Below are positions 43,501 through 58,103 of a DNA stretch of 64,000 nucleotides, one piece after another (the stretch's first letter is position 1; each line of letters starts with the position of its first letter). Origin of the DNA: the human T2T-CHM13v2.0 reference genome, Homo sapiens. The stretch lies in NCBI RefSeq assembly GCF_009914755.1, contig NC_060934.1; one strand, written 5' to 3'. Position numbers and translations under genes: made by a program. Below the pieces are notes generated by a model. It saw nothing but the letters and a program-made list of their open reading frames with translations, had not been told where the DNA came from and did not search any database.

Positions 43501-44743
43501 TACTGGGTGGAGCTAAATTGCCCTCAGCTTCCCCCAGTGGTGAGTGTCTGCACAGATGTAATTGGTAGGAGTTAGGCAATCCTCCCAGGGCTGGTGAAAT
43601 GCTTGGGTGAGGGGCAACTGTCACTGCCCTGAGGTCCTGCCACAGGGAGGGTGATGGTGGTCTCCGCATCCACAGCTTTGACTGGTGGATGGGGAACTTT
43701 TATCCCTCTCATGCCCAGCCCCACTGGGGCTTGCTCCCTCCTTTCACCTGTCACAGACAACTTGACTATTCTGCCAAACATGAGAAATTTATACTGTTCT
43801 TTAGTTCAACCCTGGGTCATAGTAGCCCCTCCCCAGCTCAAGACCAAGCCACTGTGACAACTGTCACCCTGCTCAAGTCCTGGGGGTAATGCCTACTTTC
43901 AATGCCATTGGATGCACTCCATGCCATGCTTGTTTCTCAGTCTTGGTTGTGTTAGCCCTCTCCCTGCTCATGCCCCAGTTCCGTGAGCAGCAGCTTGAGT
44001 TTCCTTAATGCCTGGGATTGGCAACCCTGGTAACAAGGACCATGAACACTCTATTAAGAGCTAGGATTAACAATGGCATCTTGCTATAGCTGCTTAGGCT
44101 TCAGGAAGGGTGTGGAACTAAAAGCATTTTCCCTCCCTTGAGCAGTTCCTTGTCTCAGTCCCCTGACTGCTCCCTATGCTAGATTCAGGGATTGAGAGGG
44201 TCAAAATGCTCTCCCAAGATCTAGATTGTATGATTCCCCAGTGAGAAAATGGACCACAGAAAAGCCATTGCTTACTTTCTCCTGTATTATAGAGTCACTC
44301 CTGATTTCCAGCTGGTCTTGGTCACACAGGCTGGCTGTTTTTCTTTTCCTTTCTAGTTTTTGCAGTCTCCTGTCACTTCTGTTAAACTCTTGTGTTCTCT
44401 CTTGGATAATGTACTCAATGTATGATTGTCTATATGCTATTATGGTGCTAAATGGATGAGGCTGGCTTGAAATGCTCCTAGTTAGCCATCTTAAAAAAAA
44501 TGGTACTGATCTTCAATAATGCCACCTTGCTAAACTCACTTACTAGTTCTAGTGAGTTTTAAAAATTCCTCAGACATTTTTATTTGCATGATAATGTGAT
44601 CTGTAAAGTTTCCAAACCCCAGGTGGAAGCCATTAATTTATTTTTGTTGCATCATATCTCTGGCTAAGACCTCCAGTATAATGTTGAATGGAAGTGGTAG
44701 AAACAGACGTTTTTGTCTTGTTTCTAAAGTAACGTTCCCAAAC
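40558..44743. repeat. Copy B of the ancient duplication: minus-strand L1 ORF1/5' UTR (5' end ~44492) with the same embedded L1M/MLT1 cassette
   Basis: Colinear with 13-4210; homology ends at gtaac(t/g)ttcccaaac. Confidence 0.93.
41733..42038 (+). mobile_element. AluY-like
   Basis: Full Alu; TSD-like aggcattg; absent from the paralogous site at ~1200. Confidence 0.9.
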
Positions 44744-45689
44744 CCAGGTTTTAACCATTACATGTGACATTAGCTGCACATTTTATAGATGCCCTTTCGC
44801 AAGTCTAGAAAGTTTTCTTGCATTTCTAGACTGCTTTGGGTTTTATTATAAATAGATGTTGGTTTTGTTAAATGTTCTTGTGTGTATCAAATTTTTTTTT
44901 GTATTTTGTTTTACTGTTATTCTGTGTTACATTGACTAATTTTTGGATGTTTAGCCTAATTTGCATTTTTGAGATAGCTCCTTTCGGTGACGGTTAAACT
45001 ATTAAAAATGCTATAGAAATCAACTGTTCTGGCATAAAACAAATAACTATAAAGAGTGTTGAATAGCTTTATTAGGAAGTTTGACTAAATACACAAAGGA
45101 ACAGCAATTATGAGCCCTAAACAAGGTTTAAAGCTTGAAAAATGTATCAATAACTTGACAAAACATGAAGTGCTACAGATAATATTATCTAAGTACTATG
45201 AAATGACAATAGAAAGTTTCAAAGTATAACCAATAAGAAATATCTAATCACGTGCAAATTTCCTGTAAGATTATTTTAAGCAACTATTGGAGTAAATAGA
45301 AAATTTAAACTGAGATTATCTTTATAGAGCCAGAGAATTGCTAAGAAAGCATTTTGACTGGAGGCAAAGAACCAAAAGCTATTCAATTAATTCTACCAGT
45401 TCTGTCTTAAGGTCACAGAAAGATCATGATTTGGTATATATCCATATATTTTTAATTAAAGAGGAGGGTTATTACTCAAGAAATTTGTACAAAATATAAA
45501 TATACTTTTTAAGTATTAAGAAAATATCTATACTCTACAAATAATGTTACCATGTAGCATATGAAGGTTATGGTATTCTAACTAAAGAAGCTTAAGATTT
45601 TTTATGGGATATTGTTCTGCCAGAAAATATCTATGTGCAGTGTGGATATATGATGTAGAACAAAAAAATTGTATATACTCCAAAGTATT

Positions 45690-46340
45690 ATTTAATGCAG
45701 AAAACTGAAAATCTTCAAAAGTTACAAAAAAACTTCACCATGTCCAATGCAGCTGGTAGGAAAAATATTTCTGCAAGACCAGAAATAAACTAGAAGAAGG
45801 ATTTACAGGAGTAATAAAACTGAGAAACCGCTACTCCCTTCGGGTCTTGATTGATTGCAAGGACCTCAAACTTGTGTAGATTGCCCAATTTACCCTCTTG
45901 AAATAAACAAAGAAAAAGTACTGACTGAAGCAGATCATAAAATATAAAACACAGAAGAAAATAAGCTACCACTCTAAAGAATGAGAAAAAAATTAATTGT
46001 ATACATTTTAGTTATTTTAAATATACTTAAAATATTTAAGTAAACGCAATGGGTAAAATAGAAAATTTTAAAAAATGATTTGAAAAGACCAAGAAATTGT
46101 AAACTAAACAAGCATATTTGGGAAAGGAGCCAAAGAGAAATTGAAAAAAAAAATAAGTTTAATACACAATATTTGGGTTAAATATTAAGTTAGACTCACA
46201 TGATAAAAAGATTAGTAAACTGCAATATTGAGCAGAATGAATATCACCAAATAAAGACAAAATATAAAAATACAAATATAATTATAGGAAGAATATGAGA
46301 AGGAAAATACATTTAAATTATCCAATAGAATATATAAAAC
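45690..46340 (+). mobile_element. Very old L1 (L1M/HAL1-like) ORF1 remnant
   Basis: A-rich; aagttagactcacatgataaaaagattagtaaactg resembles old ORF1 coiled-coil coding sequence. Confidence 0.45.
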
Positions 46341-46369
46341 TATAGAATATGTAAATAGAATGTATAAAC

Positions 46370-47207
46370 ATTTCCAACAGCAATAAATGAGAGCTCTTGT
46401 TACTCTACATCCTCGCTAGCGTTAGTGTAGTCAGTGTTTTAGATTTTAGCCATTCTAATATGGGTGTAGCAGTATGTCATTGTTATTTTAAATTTCTATT
46501 TCCTAATGACACATGATGCTGAGCATATTTCCATATGCTTATGTGCCATACTTTTATGCTCTTTAGTGAGACCTTACAACTTTTACATTTGTATTTGTTT
46601 GAATCCTTTGCCATTTTATAGTTGGATTGTTTATTTTTTATTCTTGAGGTTTTTTGTTTGTTTGTTTGTTTTGGTTTTTTTTTTTGTTTTTGAGAAGGAG
46701 TCTTGCTCTTTCTCCCAGGCGAGAGTGCAGTGGCGTTATCTTCGGCTCACTGCAAGCTCCGCCTCCCGGGTTCAGGTCATTCTCCTGCCTCAGCCTCCTG
46801 AGTAGCTGGGACTACAGGCACCCGCCACCGTGCCCGGCTATTTTTTTTTTTTTTTTTGGATTTTTAGTAGAGACGGGGTTTCACCACGTTAGCCAGGATG
46901 GTCTGGATCTCCTGACCTCGTGATCCGCCAGCCTCGGCCTCCCAAAGTGCTGGGATTGCAGGCGTGAGCCACACCACGCCCTTCCTATTCTTGAGTTTTA
47001 AGTGTTTTTTATTTTTTATTTTTTGCATGTTTTGGATACCAGTCTCTTATCCGTTATGTGTTTTGCAATTATTTTCTCTCATTCTGTGCCTTTTCTTTTT
47101 ATTCTTTTAACAGTGTCTTTGCAGTTCAGAAATGTTACTTTTAACATAGTTCGACTCAGCAGTTTTTGCTTTCATGGACCATATTTTGGTTTTTGGTGTT
47201 GTATCAA
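46370..47207 (-). mobile_element. L1M ORF2 3' fragment containing an AluY
   Basis: catttccaacagcaataaatgagag...gattttagccattctaat...tgatgctgagcat. Confidence 0.78.
46651..46985 (-). mobile_element. AluY
   Basis: Y diagnostics, many retained CpGs; TSD tattcttgag. Confidence 0.92.
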
Positions 47208-48000
47208 AGGAGACAGAGTGAAAGATACTGAAATACACACCTGAGCTGTTTCCTCGAGGGCTTTGACTTTGTAGCATGGCTGAGATTTCATATGCTCTGT
47301 AGCTCTGCCTTCGGGGTTGCAGAGGATGAAGAGACTTTGGGGAGGCTGGAGAGTTGGAGAAAAACTGGCAACTAAGCATCTCGCAAGCTTCAGGGTTCTT
47401 CTTCTTTTCTTCCCTAAAGGGATTCCTGGAAAAGGAAAGTACTTTGACTGGGGAAACCTTGGCCAGGTTTGACCTGCTTCTCCTTGCAATTTCAAAGAGC
47501 CCTGCTCTCACTCAGGCCTCTCACTAGGGCCAGCCTTAGACCTAGTTGTAAGTCTGCTTTAGGAATGGAACTGTCGCAGCACGAGGGAATGGCTATTTTC
47601 TTCAGAGTCCAACTCTAAGCACAAAATGCTAGGATTTCCTCAAGGTGCATCCATATTGGTGAGCATCATGGTTAAGATTAATGACCCAACTTACTTGTAA
47701 ATTTCAGGTTGACTAAGAATCAGGAATTTCAGGTTACTGTAAGGCCCAGTACAAATATTGAAGGGGAAGAAAATATAATTGTCCTTTCTATCTTTTTTCT
47801 CATAATTTAGCTCTTTCTCCACCACGTCATGCAGCTGAATTGAGCCAAGCATTAGTGGTAGGGATAAAAATAATGCTGGAATCACTCTCCCCCATTTCCA
47901 ACTTCCACTCTCTTCATGTGCACAGCTGCACTTCGTACAACATTGTCATTTTTGGAGCCAAAGTTCTCCAACATGTTATCAACTGAAATACAATTAACTA

Positions 48001-48300
48001 TTTTTTTTTGAGACAGGGTCCTCCTCTGTTGCCCAGGCTGGAGTGCAGTGGTGTGATCACCACTCAGTGTAGCCTAGAACTCCTGGGTTCAAGCAAACCT
48101 CCCACCCCAGCCTCCCAAGTAGCTGGGATGACAATCATGTGCCAAACCTGGATTTTTTTTTTTTTTTTTTTTTTTTGGTAAAGATGGAGTCTCATTATGT
48201 GGCCCAGGTTGGTCTCAAACTCCTGGACTCAAGCAATCCTCCCACCTCAGCCTCTCAAAGTGCTGGGATTATAGATAGGCATGAACCACTGCACCCAGCC
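48001..48300 (-). mobile_element. AluJ
   Basis: gagacagggtc, ctcaagcaatcctcccacc; TSD acaattaa(c/g)ta. Confidence 0.88.
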
Positions 48301-51300
48301 ACAATTAAGTAAAACTTACAATAAATCTATAAAGAGCAATTAAGGGGTAAGAAACTCTTTGGGGGTATGTAGTTTACCACTAAAGTATCATGTCTTGCCA
48401 GAACCTTCTTCCACAGCACAATGGAGGCAGCCTTGTAGGCTGAACCCACTCAGTTTGGAAAACCCTTGTTCTTCCCCAGGTCTTATGTTATTTCCACAGT
48501 TTGGGTCCTGAGCTCAAGCTGTTCTTGCCACATGAGGGGTCTTCTGGGTCTCCTGGCTTGGAGTACAAGTTGATTATGCAGGTGGCCGGGGTCCAGGCTT
48601 CATCTCCCTGTGCTCTGAACACACCCCACACCTCCTCTATTTTAGCACATTTCCCAGTTGATTCCAAATGCGTGCTCACTCCTCTTTTCCCCCCACTAGA
48701 GAGTAAGCCTGATCTTGCTCACTCGCAGTTAGCTTCTGGACAACTTGTGGCGTATAATAAATTTTGCTCAACAAAATTTATTAAATGAAGGAGTATCTCC
48801 AATTTGAAGGCAAACTTTCTTTGTTATCTTGGAAACTGCCATAGGAGCTGTGTCTGAATGTGGTGATGGGTGAAGATCTTGTACTGTCAGGAAACTCCCT
48901 AGGTATTGAGCCATGCTGGGGCTGCCTTTCCACTGAACTGGTTGTCATGCTAGCTTCTGGTGGGTGTGTTCAAGCTGATACACTCCAATCTCCAAGTAAC
49001 ACGCCGATCTTTATGTTTCCAGGAGGTTAGGTAGCTTGACTGCATTGGGGGCTGAGCTGGTCTCCATGAGGTTGGTGTGTGCAGACTTCCTACCGCTCTG
49101 TCCTTCATTTCCCTCTTTCAAGCAGCTGATAAAGTGAGATTAGAGCTACAACCCAGCTGAACTGTGTCCCTTCTTCCTGTTTTTGTCACATGTCTATTAC
49201 TTTTTTTTCCTCAAAAATTAACTTCCAAGACTTAAAACACCGAAGAACCACCCCCAGTGGAAGGCGATAAGAGGGCATGGGTGTATTTAGCAACTTTGAG
49301 TCCTAGTGGCTCCATTTGAAGTGTTTTAAATGTAAACTGGGATTAGAATGTACAGGGCTCACTAACTTGAGCGACTGCTCACCCTCCCTTGCCCCAAAAG
49401 AGGGGGCCTTATTAGAGTCAGCACTTTGCCTTAAAGAATGACTGTTGTTCAGTGTATTTCTATCAAGCACATAATACACATTCTCTCTCTCTCTCTCTCA
49501 GAGGCTAACCAAGTCCTGAATTCCATTGTCTCTCAACTGTTTGACTCAATGATTGTTATTAAGCAGTAAACCCACACCAACCGTGCAGTCATTGTGTTTC
49601 TAAAAAGTGTAAATGTCACTTTTTTGGTCTTTAAAAATTATTAAGCAGAGAGAAAGATAGCAATTTCCAGTGTTTGCTTGGATGGTAAGATGCAGGAAAA
49701 TTCGCATTACTCTTGAGAGCTGCCATTGGTTAGCTGGAGGGAAAAAGGATATCAATTATACATAATCTAAGAAGCCTCTGCATAATAATCAGGCCCAGTA
49801 GGGGCTTTGGTGCACCTTTGTTATTCTCTTGACTACAAGAGCCCAGATTCCCTTTTCTCTATGTGCTAATGCAATTACCTTATAACTTGTGAATTTCCAG
49901 TGCATTTGTCTGGTGTTTCCTCTCTAAATGATATGTTTGTAATGTGGATGTGGAAGGAGAACACTGGCAAAATGCAGGAACTGGAGAAGGTAGGTCCTCT
50001 GTTAATGCCTAGAGGATGCTACCTCACAGCAGATGCTCATGTTTCTGCCTTCAAGGTAGACTGTTCTTTTATCTCTTACCCCCACTCCAAATAATTATTA
50101 TTCCTTTTCTTCCCAGGGTCACTTTAATGACCTCAATGGACAATGCAGATCAGGACAGGCTTCTCAAGTTGCAGGGTTTTTGCCCCAACCTATGTGGTTT
50201 GGGAACCCCAAATCACAACCCAGTGGATCCCGGGCTCTGGGCATTGCTCCGTCTTGGCACCTCCATAATTGGCTGAGCAAAGACACACAGGACTGAGGAG
50301 AGGGGGCAGAAAGGAAGAGGGCTTCACATAGCAGTTGATAGTTTCAAATCAAGATACCATGCATGATGGGTTTTCAATATCCAGTTATTCTCATGAATAA
50401 AATCTCTTGCACAGAAATATTCTTCCAATCCACTGGGTTAATTTACCATCTACAGAGACCACTCAACTTTGCTGGCTAAATAGCAGAGTCTGTGATTTCT
50501 TGTGTAATATAGGACCTCCTCCTTCTCACCATTAATTCAATCTCAGGGCCATGCCTTCTAGGTGCCTGACATGGGAGACAGGGCCTGTCCGTTGTGCCTG
50601 ATAAACGGATGTTAATACCAGCATGAATGTCCTCCACTCTTAAACAGCATCTTAACTCTTTCCCATAAAAAGAGGTGCCATATTTCCCATCCCTTAGTAA
50701 ACCAATCAGCGGGCAGGTTTCTAACCACTGTCTCAGTTTATGACAGTACAGTAGGGTATTACACAGCAAAAAAGCCTTCCTGCTGGAATATTTCAGCATT
50801 TCAGTTATTTATTACATTAGCTTTATGGCATATCACAACCTATTTGAGACAGGTAGAGTGAACCCTTTTCTGCCACACAGAGGCACATTAAGTGGCCATC
50901 ATGACTGGTGAGACTTAATTGTTTTACACCGGGCAGTTCTCTGTCGTGATTTAAATCCCTCGTAAAGCAGCTGACCCCAGTTCTCAGGATGATTTGGATC
51001 CCCCGCTAACTTGGAAAATCAGAGCCAGCTGAGAGTTGGCTTGCACATTTTAGCATCTGGTAAAAGCGTGCAAGCTAGTGAGATGTGCAGGGAAGGAGTC
51101 ATTGGCAATTGTATGTGAAAACACTTAATTAATTGTTTATCTCTTTTAATTTGTTTAAATGATCATAAAATTGCTCGCATTATTTTGAAGATGTCTTCAT
51201 GTTTATAAAACTGTCTTCATGTCTTCACATATTTATAAAACAAAGTTACAATCATTTACCAACTCATTGTTTATGATTAGAACGTAATGTGCAAAACCAG

Positions 51301-51361
51301 ATTAACAATGCTATTGTATCCAAATTCAAATGCCAAGTGCTTTTGGCTATGATTGCAGGTA

Positions 51362-51717
<356 letters not shown>

Positions 51718-51854
51718 TGACTGATATTTTAAGGCCATGCTGTTGGTTCTAAGTAAAATGATAAAGATGTTCAGCCAGGTGAATTTTAGATTTGTGAATG
51801 TTCTGCTGTGTTGGTATACTGTTTAGATTTGTCTTCTTATGTATAAGGAAGAGT

Positions 51855-52050
51855 ATAGCCTGTGGATGAGAATGCAGACTTTTGAGCTGGACTCTTTGAA
51901 TTCTGACTCTGACTTAGTGGCTGTGTGATCTGGATCAGGTGAATCAACCTTTCTGTATTTCAGTTTCCTCATCTGTGAAATAGGTACAGAAATAGTGCCT
52001 ACCTCATAGGGTTGTTGGAAAGATTAAATTACTGAATATATAAAAAGCCT
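51855..52050 (+). mobile_element. MIR
   Basis: cagtttcctcatctgtgaaat...tacctcatagggttgttggaaagattaaat. Confidence 0.8.
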
Positions 52051-53221
52051 CTTTTAATGCAATACACATTGGCTGCTGTTGTTGCTCCTTCCTGTAATAT
52101 ACAATAGCCTTAGTGTTGTTTACATGGTGGAGACATCTAGGCTATCTTCTCTTGTGATTATCACCATATAGTAATCTGGATTTAGAATTTGGTGATCCAA
52201 TGCTACATCAACAGTCTGTCTTCCTGACAATAATGAATCCAATCTCATTGTTGGTAATATTGATATTTGTAGATCTGGAGTGCATTAAGGTTTGCACCAA
52301 GATGAAGCACCTATTGATGGATTCACCCATTGCTTCAAGCTAAGCTCTTTATGATGGCTAAAAGAACCACAGACTATTCCCATTTAGTTCATTTTATATC
52401 ATTCATGCACCTCTTATCATGCTAGATATAATGTATATTGATATAATTAAACAAAGAATAGTGGTGCTGTTTCTATGACTTAATTTTCTCTCATCCTATA
52501 AAGTGGATTTATCTTTTGATCATATGTTCTGGAGTGGAAGACACTCTTAGTGGAATAGGAGTTATGATAACATACATAACACGTTCAAGTCTGCTTTGAA
52601 GGAAGTAAGCAGTTTTTTAAGACAACACAATTTGAATGAGCTGCAACTTGACTCTCCTCTTTTGCTGTATCCTGGATGTGAATAGGAGGAACCGATAAAT
52701 CTTGAGAAACTGGTGCAAGTTGTTGTTAAAAAAATTATTCTCCTTTTTCATTAAGTGCCATCTGCTCTATAATTTAAGGGGTTGTTATGCCCAGAGTGAA
52801 TCTGGGGAATTCAACAGTCTTCTCCATAACAGCCTTATAATTAGCTGGATGATAAAAGTAAAGGTGTGCTGAGATTTACATACTTTATTCCAACTATCAC
52901 AGGGAGGGAGGGAGGGAGGGAAAAAAGGGGAAACACTTCTGTTTTGCATTTTGATCAGCTCAGGGAGCTTTCCTTTAATTGGAGGATGGATATAGCAGGA
53001 GGGTTGAAGAACTTAGAGCGTAAATGCCTATTTTTGAAAGTCATCTTCAAAAATAAGACAGTTGTGTTGAATGATTTGGGGATCCTTTTTTCTAGCATCT
53101 GAAAATTAACCATGTGTTTAATTCCACAGGTTGATTTCTTTAGGTCCCCACCACCCACCATGAGATTGGACAAGTCTAGTGGGAAGTGGTCTAGAGGTGA
53201 TGGATCTTCTAGGATTGCAAT

Positions 53222-53368
53222 CAGAGCTGGCTTCATGAGTGTGCACAGGGGTCCCACACATGAATGAGTACTTTCCTTCACTGTCTTAAAATTCTTAATA
53301 GTGTTTGAACAAGGTATCCCAGATTCATTTTCATTTGCACTGGGCCCCACAAATTATGTAGCCAGATT
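53222..53368 (+). mobile_element. MER91A-like hAT-Tip100 element
   Basis: cagagctggcttcatg...aaattcttaata...ttcatttgcactgggccccacaaattatgtagcc. Confidence 0.75.
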
Positions 53369-54415
53369 AGGTTACAGTCAACATTTGGACAATGTTAACT
53401 CTATTTATTGCACACTATTTTTCTAAGATAACTAGTAGAAATGCTTGCATGTCAGAAATGTTGTTGTTAAAATATCTGATGACTTAAGCTGTCTTACATT
53501 TAGGCTGATATCTCTCCTTACATCTTTTCTGCCATTAACATTAGGGATTAGATAGATCAAACAAGGCAAGGAGAACTCAAGAAAGTCTGGTCACTTCAGT
53601 GAGTGTTGGTGTGTGAGGAGAATCAAGTGAGAAGTGCTTTTAGAAACATCCATGCAGGTATGAAGGAGCTCTAACATGCCAGGTGAGTGGACAAGGCTTG
53701 GGGAAGGTTGACGATACCTAGAGACATGTCAGCCTTTGGGTCAGAGCCTGCCTAATCTCATGGGGAACTGATGGGTGGAATAGGCACTCTAGGCTCCCCC
53801 TGGCATGGGCAGGGTTGCAGAGAATTCAGAAATTTGTGTGTGTTCACGGAGGGGAGGCCAAGCTTCTGACTGTTGAAGTTAGGGTCAGAATGGAGAGGCC
53901 AGCATGTGTGTGAGGGACTCTGAGATGGGAGGCTGACAATTAGGACAATGGGCTTTGCCCATGGAGCCAGAATGTTACCCTGCGAGGGTGAATGGCACTG
54001 GGCCACATATCTCAGTGGTCAGATCCAGGATCTCAGCAGTCACTCCTATCAATCAGAGATCGGACCATGGCAGGCACACTCAGCAAAGTCCCCCATGATC
54101 CAGAAGACATGTGCGAATTCTGCATCATCTTCCCCTCCATAATCCTGAGGACAGTGAGAGCCAAGGTAAGGACCTTGACACACAGATTCGTTACCAGGAG
54201 GAATTCTTTGCCTACTGAATCATTCTGAATATATCGGATTTGTCTAAATAGATCCCACCTGCCCTCCCATCTACTCTTCTCCAGTAAAGAGGCTTACGTG
54301 GAAGATTAGATCTGTTACCAAAAATAAATTTTAAATAAAAGCCAAACTCTTTTTGTATATTTTGTGACAAAATACCTCTGAAGTATTTGTTTCAAAGATA
54401 AAATAATAAATTTTG

Positions 54416-55122
<707 letters not shown>

Positions 55123-55299
55123 TGACTCCTTATTTTTGAAGAAAAATTGGCTTTGTTATATTTGTTTGCAGGCAGACTTATTAGGGCAAATATTTGCATA
55201 ATAAGGGTTTTTGGTTTCTTCCAATTATATCCTCAGCTATGCCTGCAGTGTTTCTCCCATCTACATCTGGGACAATATTTGCATGAGGTTGCAGAAAAC

Positions 55300-55625
55300 C
55301 AGTGGTTCTCAAACTCTGCTGCACATTAGGGTCACCTGGGGAGCCTTAAAAGTATAGATGTCCAGGACTTGTTCCTTTCCAATTAAGCCAGAACATGGGA
55401 TGGGGAGCAGGCACCAGCATCAGGGGTTTTTTAAACTTCCCAAGAGATCCCAGTGTGCAACCAAGCTGAGAACAAGAGTTCAAGACAGCAGTGCTTTCCA
55501 AACCTGCTTGATTATAAGAATTACCCATGGTCTTTTTAAACTACGAAAATTACCTGGCCTCTTCCATAGAAATTTGGGTTCAGCAGGTCTAGGTTTGGGG
55601 CTAAGACTGTATATTTTTAACTAGC
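55300..55625. mobile_element. Two MER5-type hAT-Charlie elements
   Basis: cagtggttctcaaact...cacctggg...gctgagaac, then cagtgctttccaaac...gaattaccc...tgtatatttttaac. Confidence 0.7.
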
Positions 55626-56280
55626 AGGCAAAAAGAACTGGAGGAAGCAGTTTTTGTCTAGTGCAGATGAGTTTTTGGGGGATTGGCGAGAATTTCAGAA
55701 GTTGTTTTTTAAGGGATACAAAATAAGAAAGTGAGAAAAGAGAAATGGATTAAGTGCAGCAGTAATTTATGTGTCTGGATTTCCTTCTCACCTTCTGAGA
55801 GAAACGCAAGTGAAGGACTGAAGTTATTTTACAATTACTTTTGGAGGTGTGCTGTGCTTTACTGAATAAGAAATTTCTCCCAACTGGACTATATGAGTCT
55901 AATGCAGTTTTAAGGAAAAAGGAGGCAGAAACATCTTTGGATGAAGAAGGCTATAGAGAGAGGGTTGGAAGTTTTAGGTACACCGGGAAAGTTTGAAGCA
56001 GCTCCCCAGGAGAATCAGGGAGGGACCTCATCACAGATATGGTACAGAGGTGCTCATCTGTGTGAGATAATGACTGAGCTAGAATATCCTCAGTTTCTAG
56101 TAGCCCCTGTCTGAATGGTTCTGTGATTTTTTTCACAGGATTGCTTAGCCACACAGGTGTAGCAGTGGGGGAAGCAGAAAGCTAGATGAATCCATGGATG
56201 GAATTTTTCAGGAGAGTAACATAGGGCATGAAGGTGAGAGAACCGAGTGTGCTGGAAAGAGGATGATTATTTGGGGATGG

Positions 56281-56605
56281 TAGTTGCTTTAGCTCTCTAT
56301 TGCCACAGTGTTGCTGCATAGCAAACCACCACAATCCTCAACTGCATGCATTGGTAAGCTCTTTTGCTCATGGGTCTGGGATGTAGGAAAAGCTGTCATT
56401 GCTCATGTGTCTGTGATGCAGGTAGGTGACCCTGCTGGTCTTGGCTGGGTTTGTTCATATGTCATGGATTTGCTGGCTGCCTGCCGGCCCTGGAAGTCCT
56501 CAGCTAGGGTGATAGAATCCAAGTATGATGTTGAGACAAAGGTACATGGCAGAGTATGCACAAATGGCAGGTGGAACTTTGGGGCTATTTTTGCTGTCTA
56601 CCACA
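56281..56605. mobile_element. Old MLT/MaLR LTR fragments
   Basis: ttgctgcatagcaaaccac...ctggtcttggctggg...; gctatttttgctgtctaccaca. Confidence 0.5.
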
Positions 56606-56624
56606 GTAGCTGCCAATACATTTT

Positions 56625-57090
56625 AGCATCCTTTTGAAAACATTTCAACTTATGTTAAATTCTGGGGATACATGGGCAGGTTTGTAACACAAGTATATTA
56701 CATGATGCTGAAGTTTGGGGTATGGGTGATTCTATCACCTGGGCGTGTGCATAGTACCCAATAGGTAGTTTTCCAGCCCACACCCCCTCCCTTTCTCCCT
56801 CCTCTGGTAGTCCCCACTGTCTATTGTTGCCATCTTTATGTCCACATGTACCCAATGTTTAGCTCCCACTTCTAAGTGAGAATATGCAGTGTTTGGTTTA
56901 CTATTCCTGCATTAATTCACTTAGGATCACGGCCTCCGGCCACATTCATGTTGCTGCAAAGAACATGATTTTATTCTTTTTTAAGGCTGTGTAGTATTCC
57001 ATGGTATATATGTATTACATTTTCTTTATCCAGTCCACCATTTATGGACATCTGTGTTGATCCCATGTCTTTGCTATTGTGAATAACACT
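56625..57090 (-). mobile_element. L1PA (older, PA13-16-like) 3' end
   Basis: ggggatacatgggcaggtttgt...tttagctcccacttctaagtgagaatatgcag. Confidence 0.85.
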
Positions 57091-57716
57091 TTTACCATCA
57101 TTTGAAAGCATACTTTTATAAGGAACTATTTGTACAGATAAAACAAAATATGGAGAAAAGTCATTCAGATCTTTTCTGTTTAAAATGCTTGATATTACTA
57201 CCTAATAAAACCTCAACCATCTAAAATAAAACCTCAACCATCTTAAGCAACTAAAGCAAGAAATACTATTTTTTCATTGTTCCTTTTTATCATGGGCCAT
57301 GTGTGTATGTATCTCTTTTATGGATCTCAATCAGGATTCATTCACCATTTTCAAGATATAAAATGTGAGAGTTAAAATTAAATTCTGCCTCTCTCAAATC
57401 ATTTCTGGTATTAAGTTTCCTTCAGGACATCCTTTTTTTTGAAAAATGAGTTAAGATATGCAAAAGAACTTTGTACTTTGTCTTCACTATAAAAGTGCCT
57501 GGAGTGAACTTCTCTACTCAAGCTAAATTGTTAATTAGTTCAAGGTACACCAGAGATGTGATCTTGGAATCTTCTGATAGCCAACATTTATTAAAACAGT
57601 AGTCATTGGTCTTGATTAGATTTATGTGTGTATGTGGGTGGGCGGTGGGCAGCTTAGAGTAATTTTAATTATAAAAAATTAAAATTACTTAGAGTAATTT
57701 TAATTATAAAAAATTA

Positions 57717-58103
<387 letters not shown>

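Noticed and set aside
47107-47511. 134-aa minus-strand ORF
   Set aside because: Non-ATG start, ends inside L1, no recognisable family
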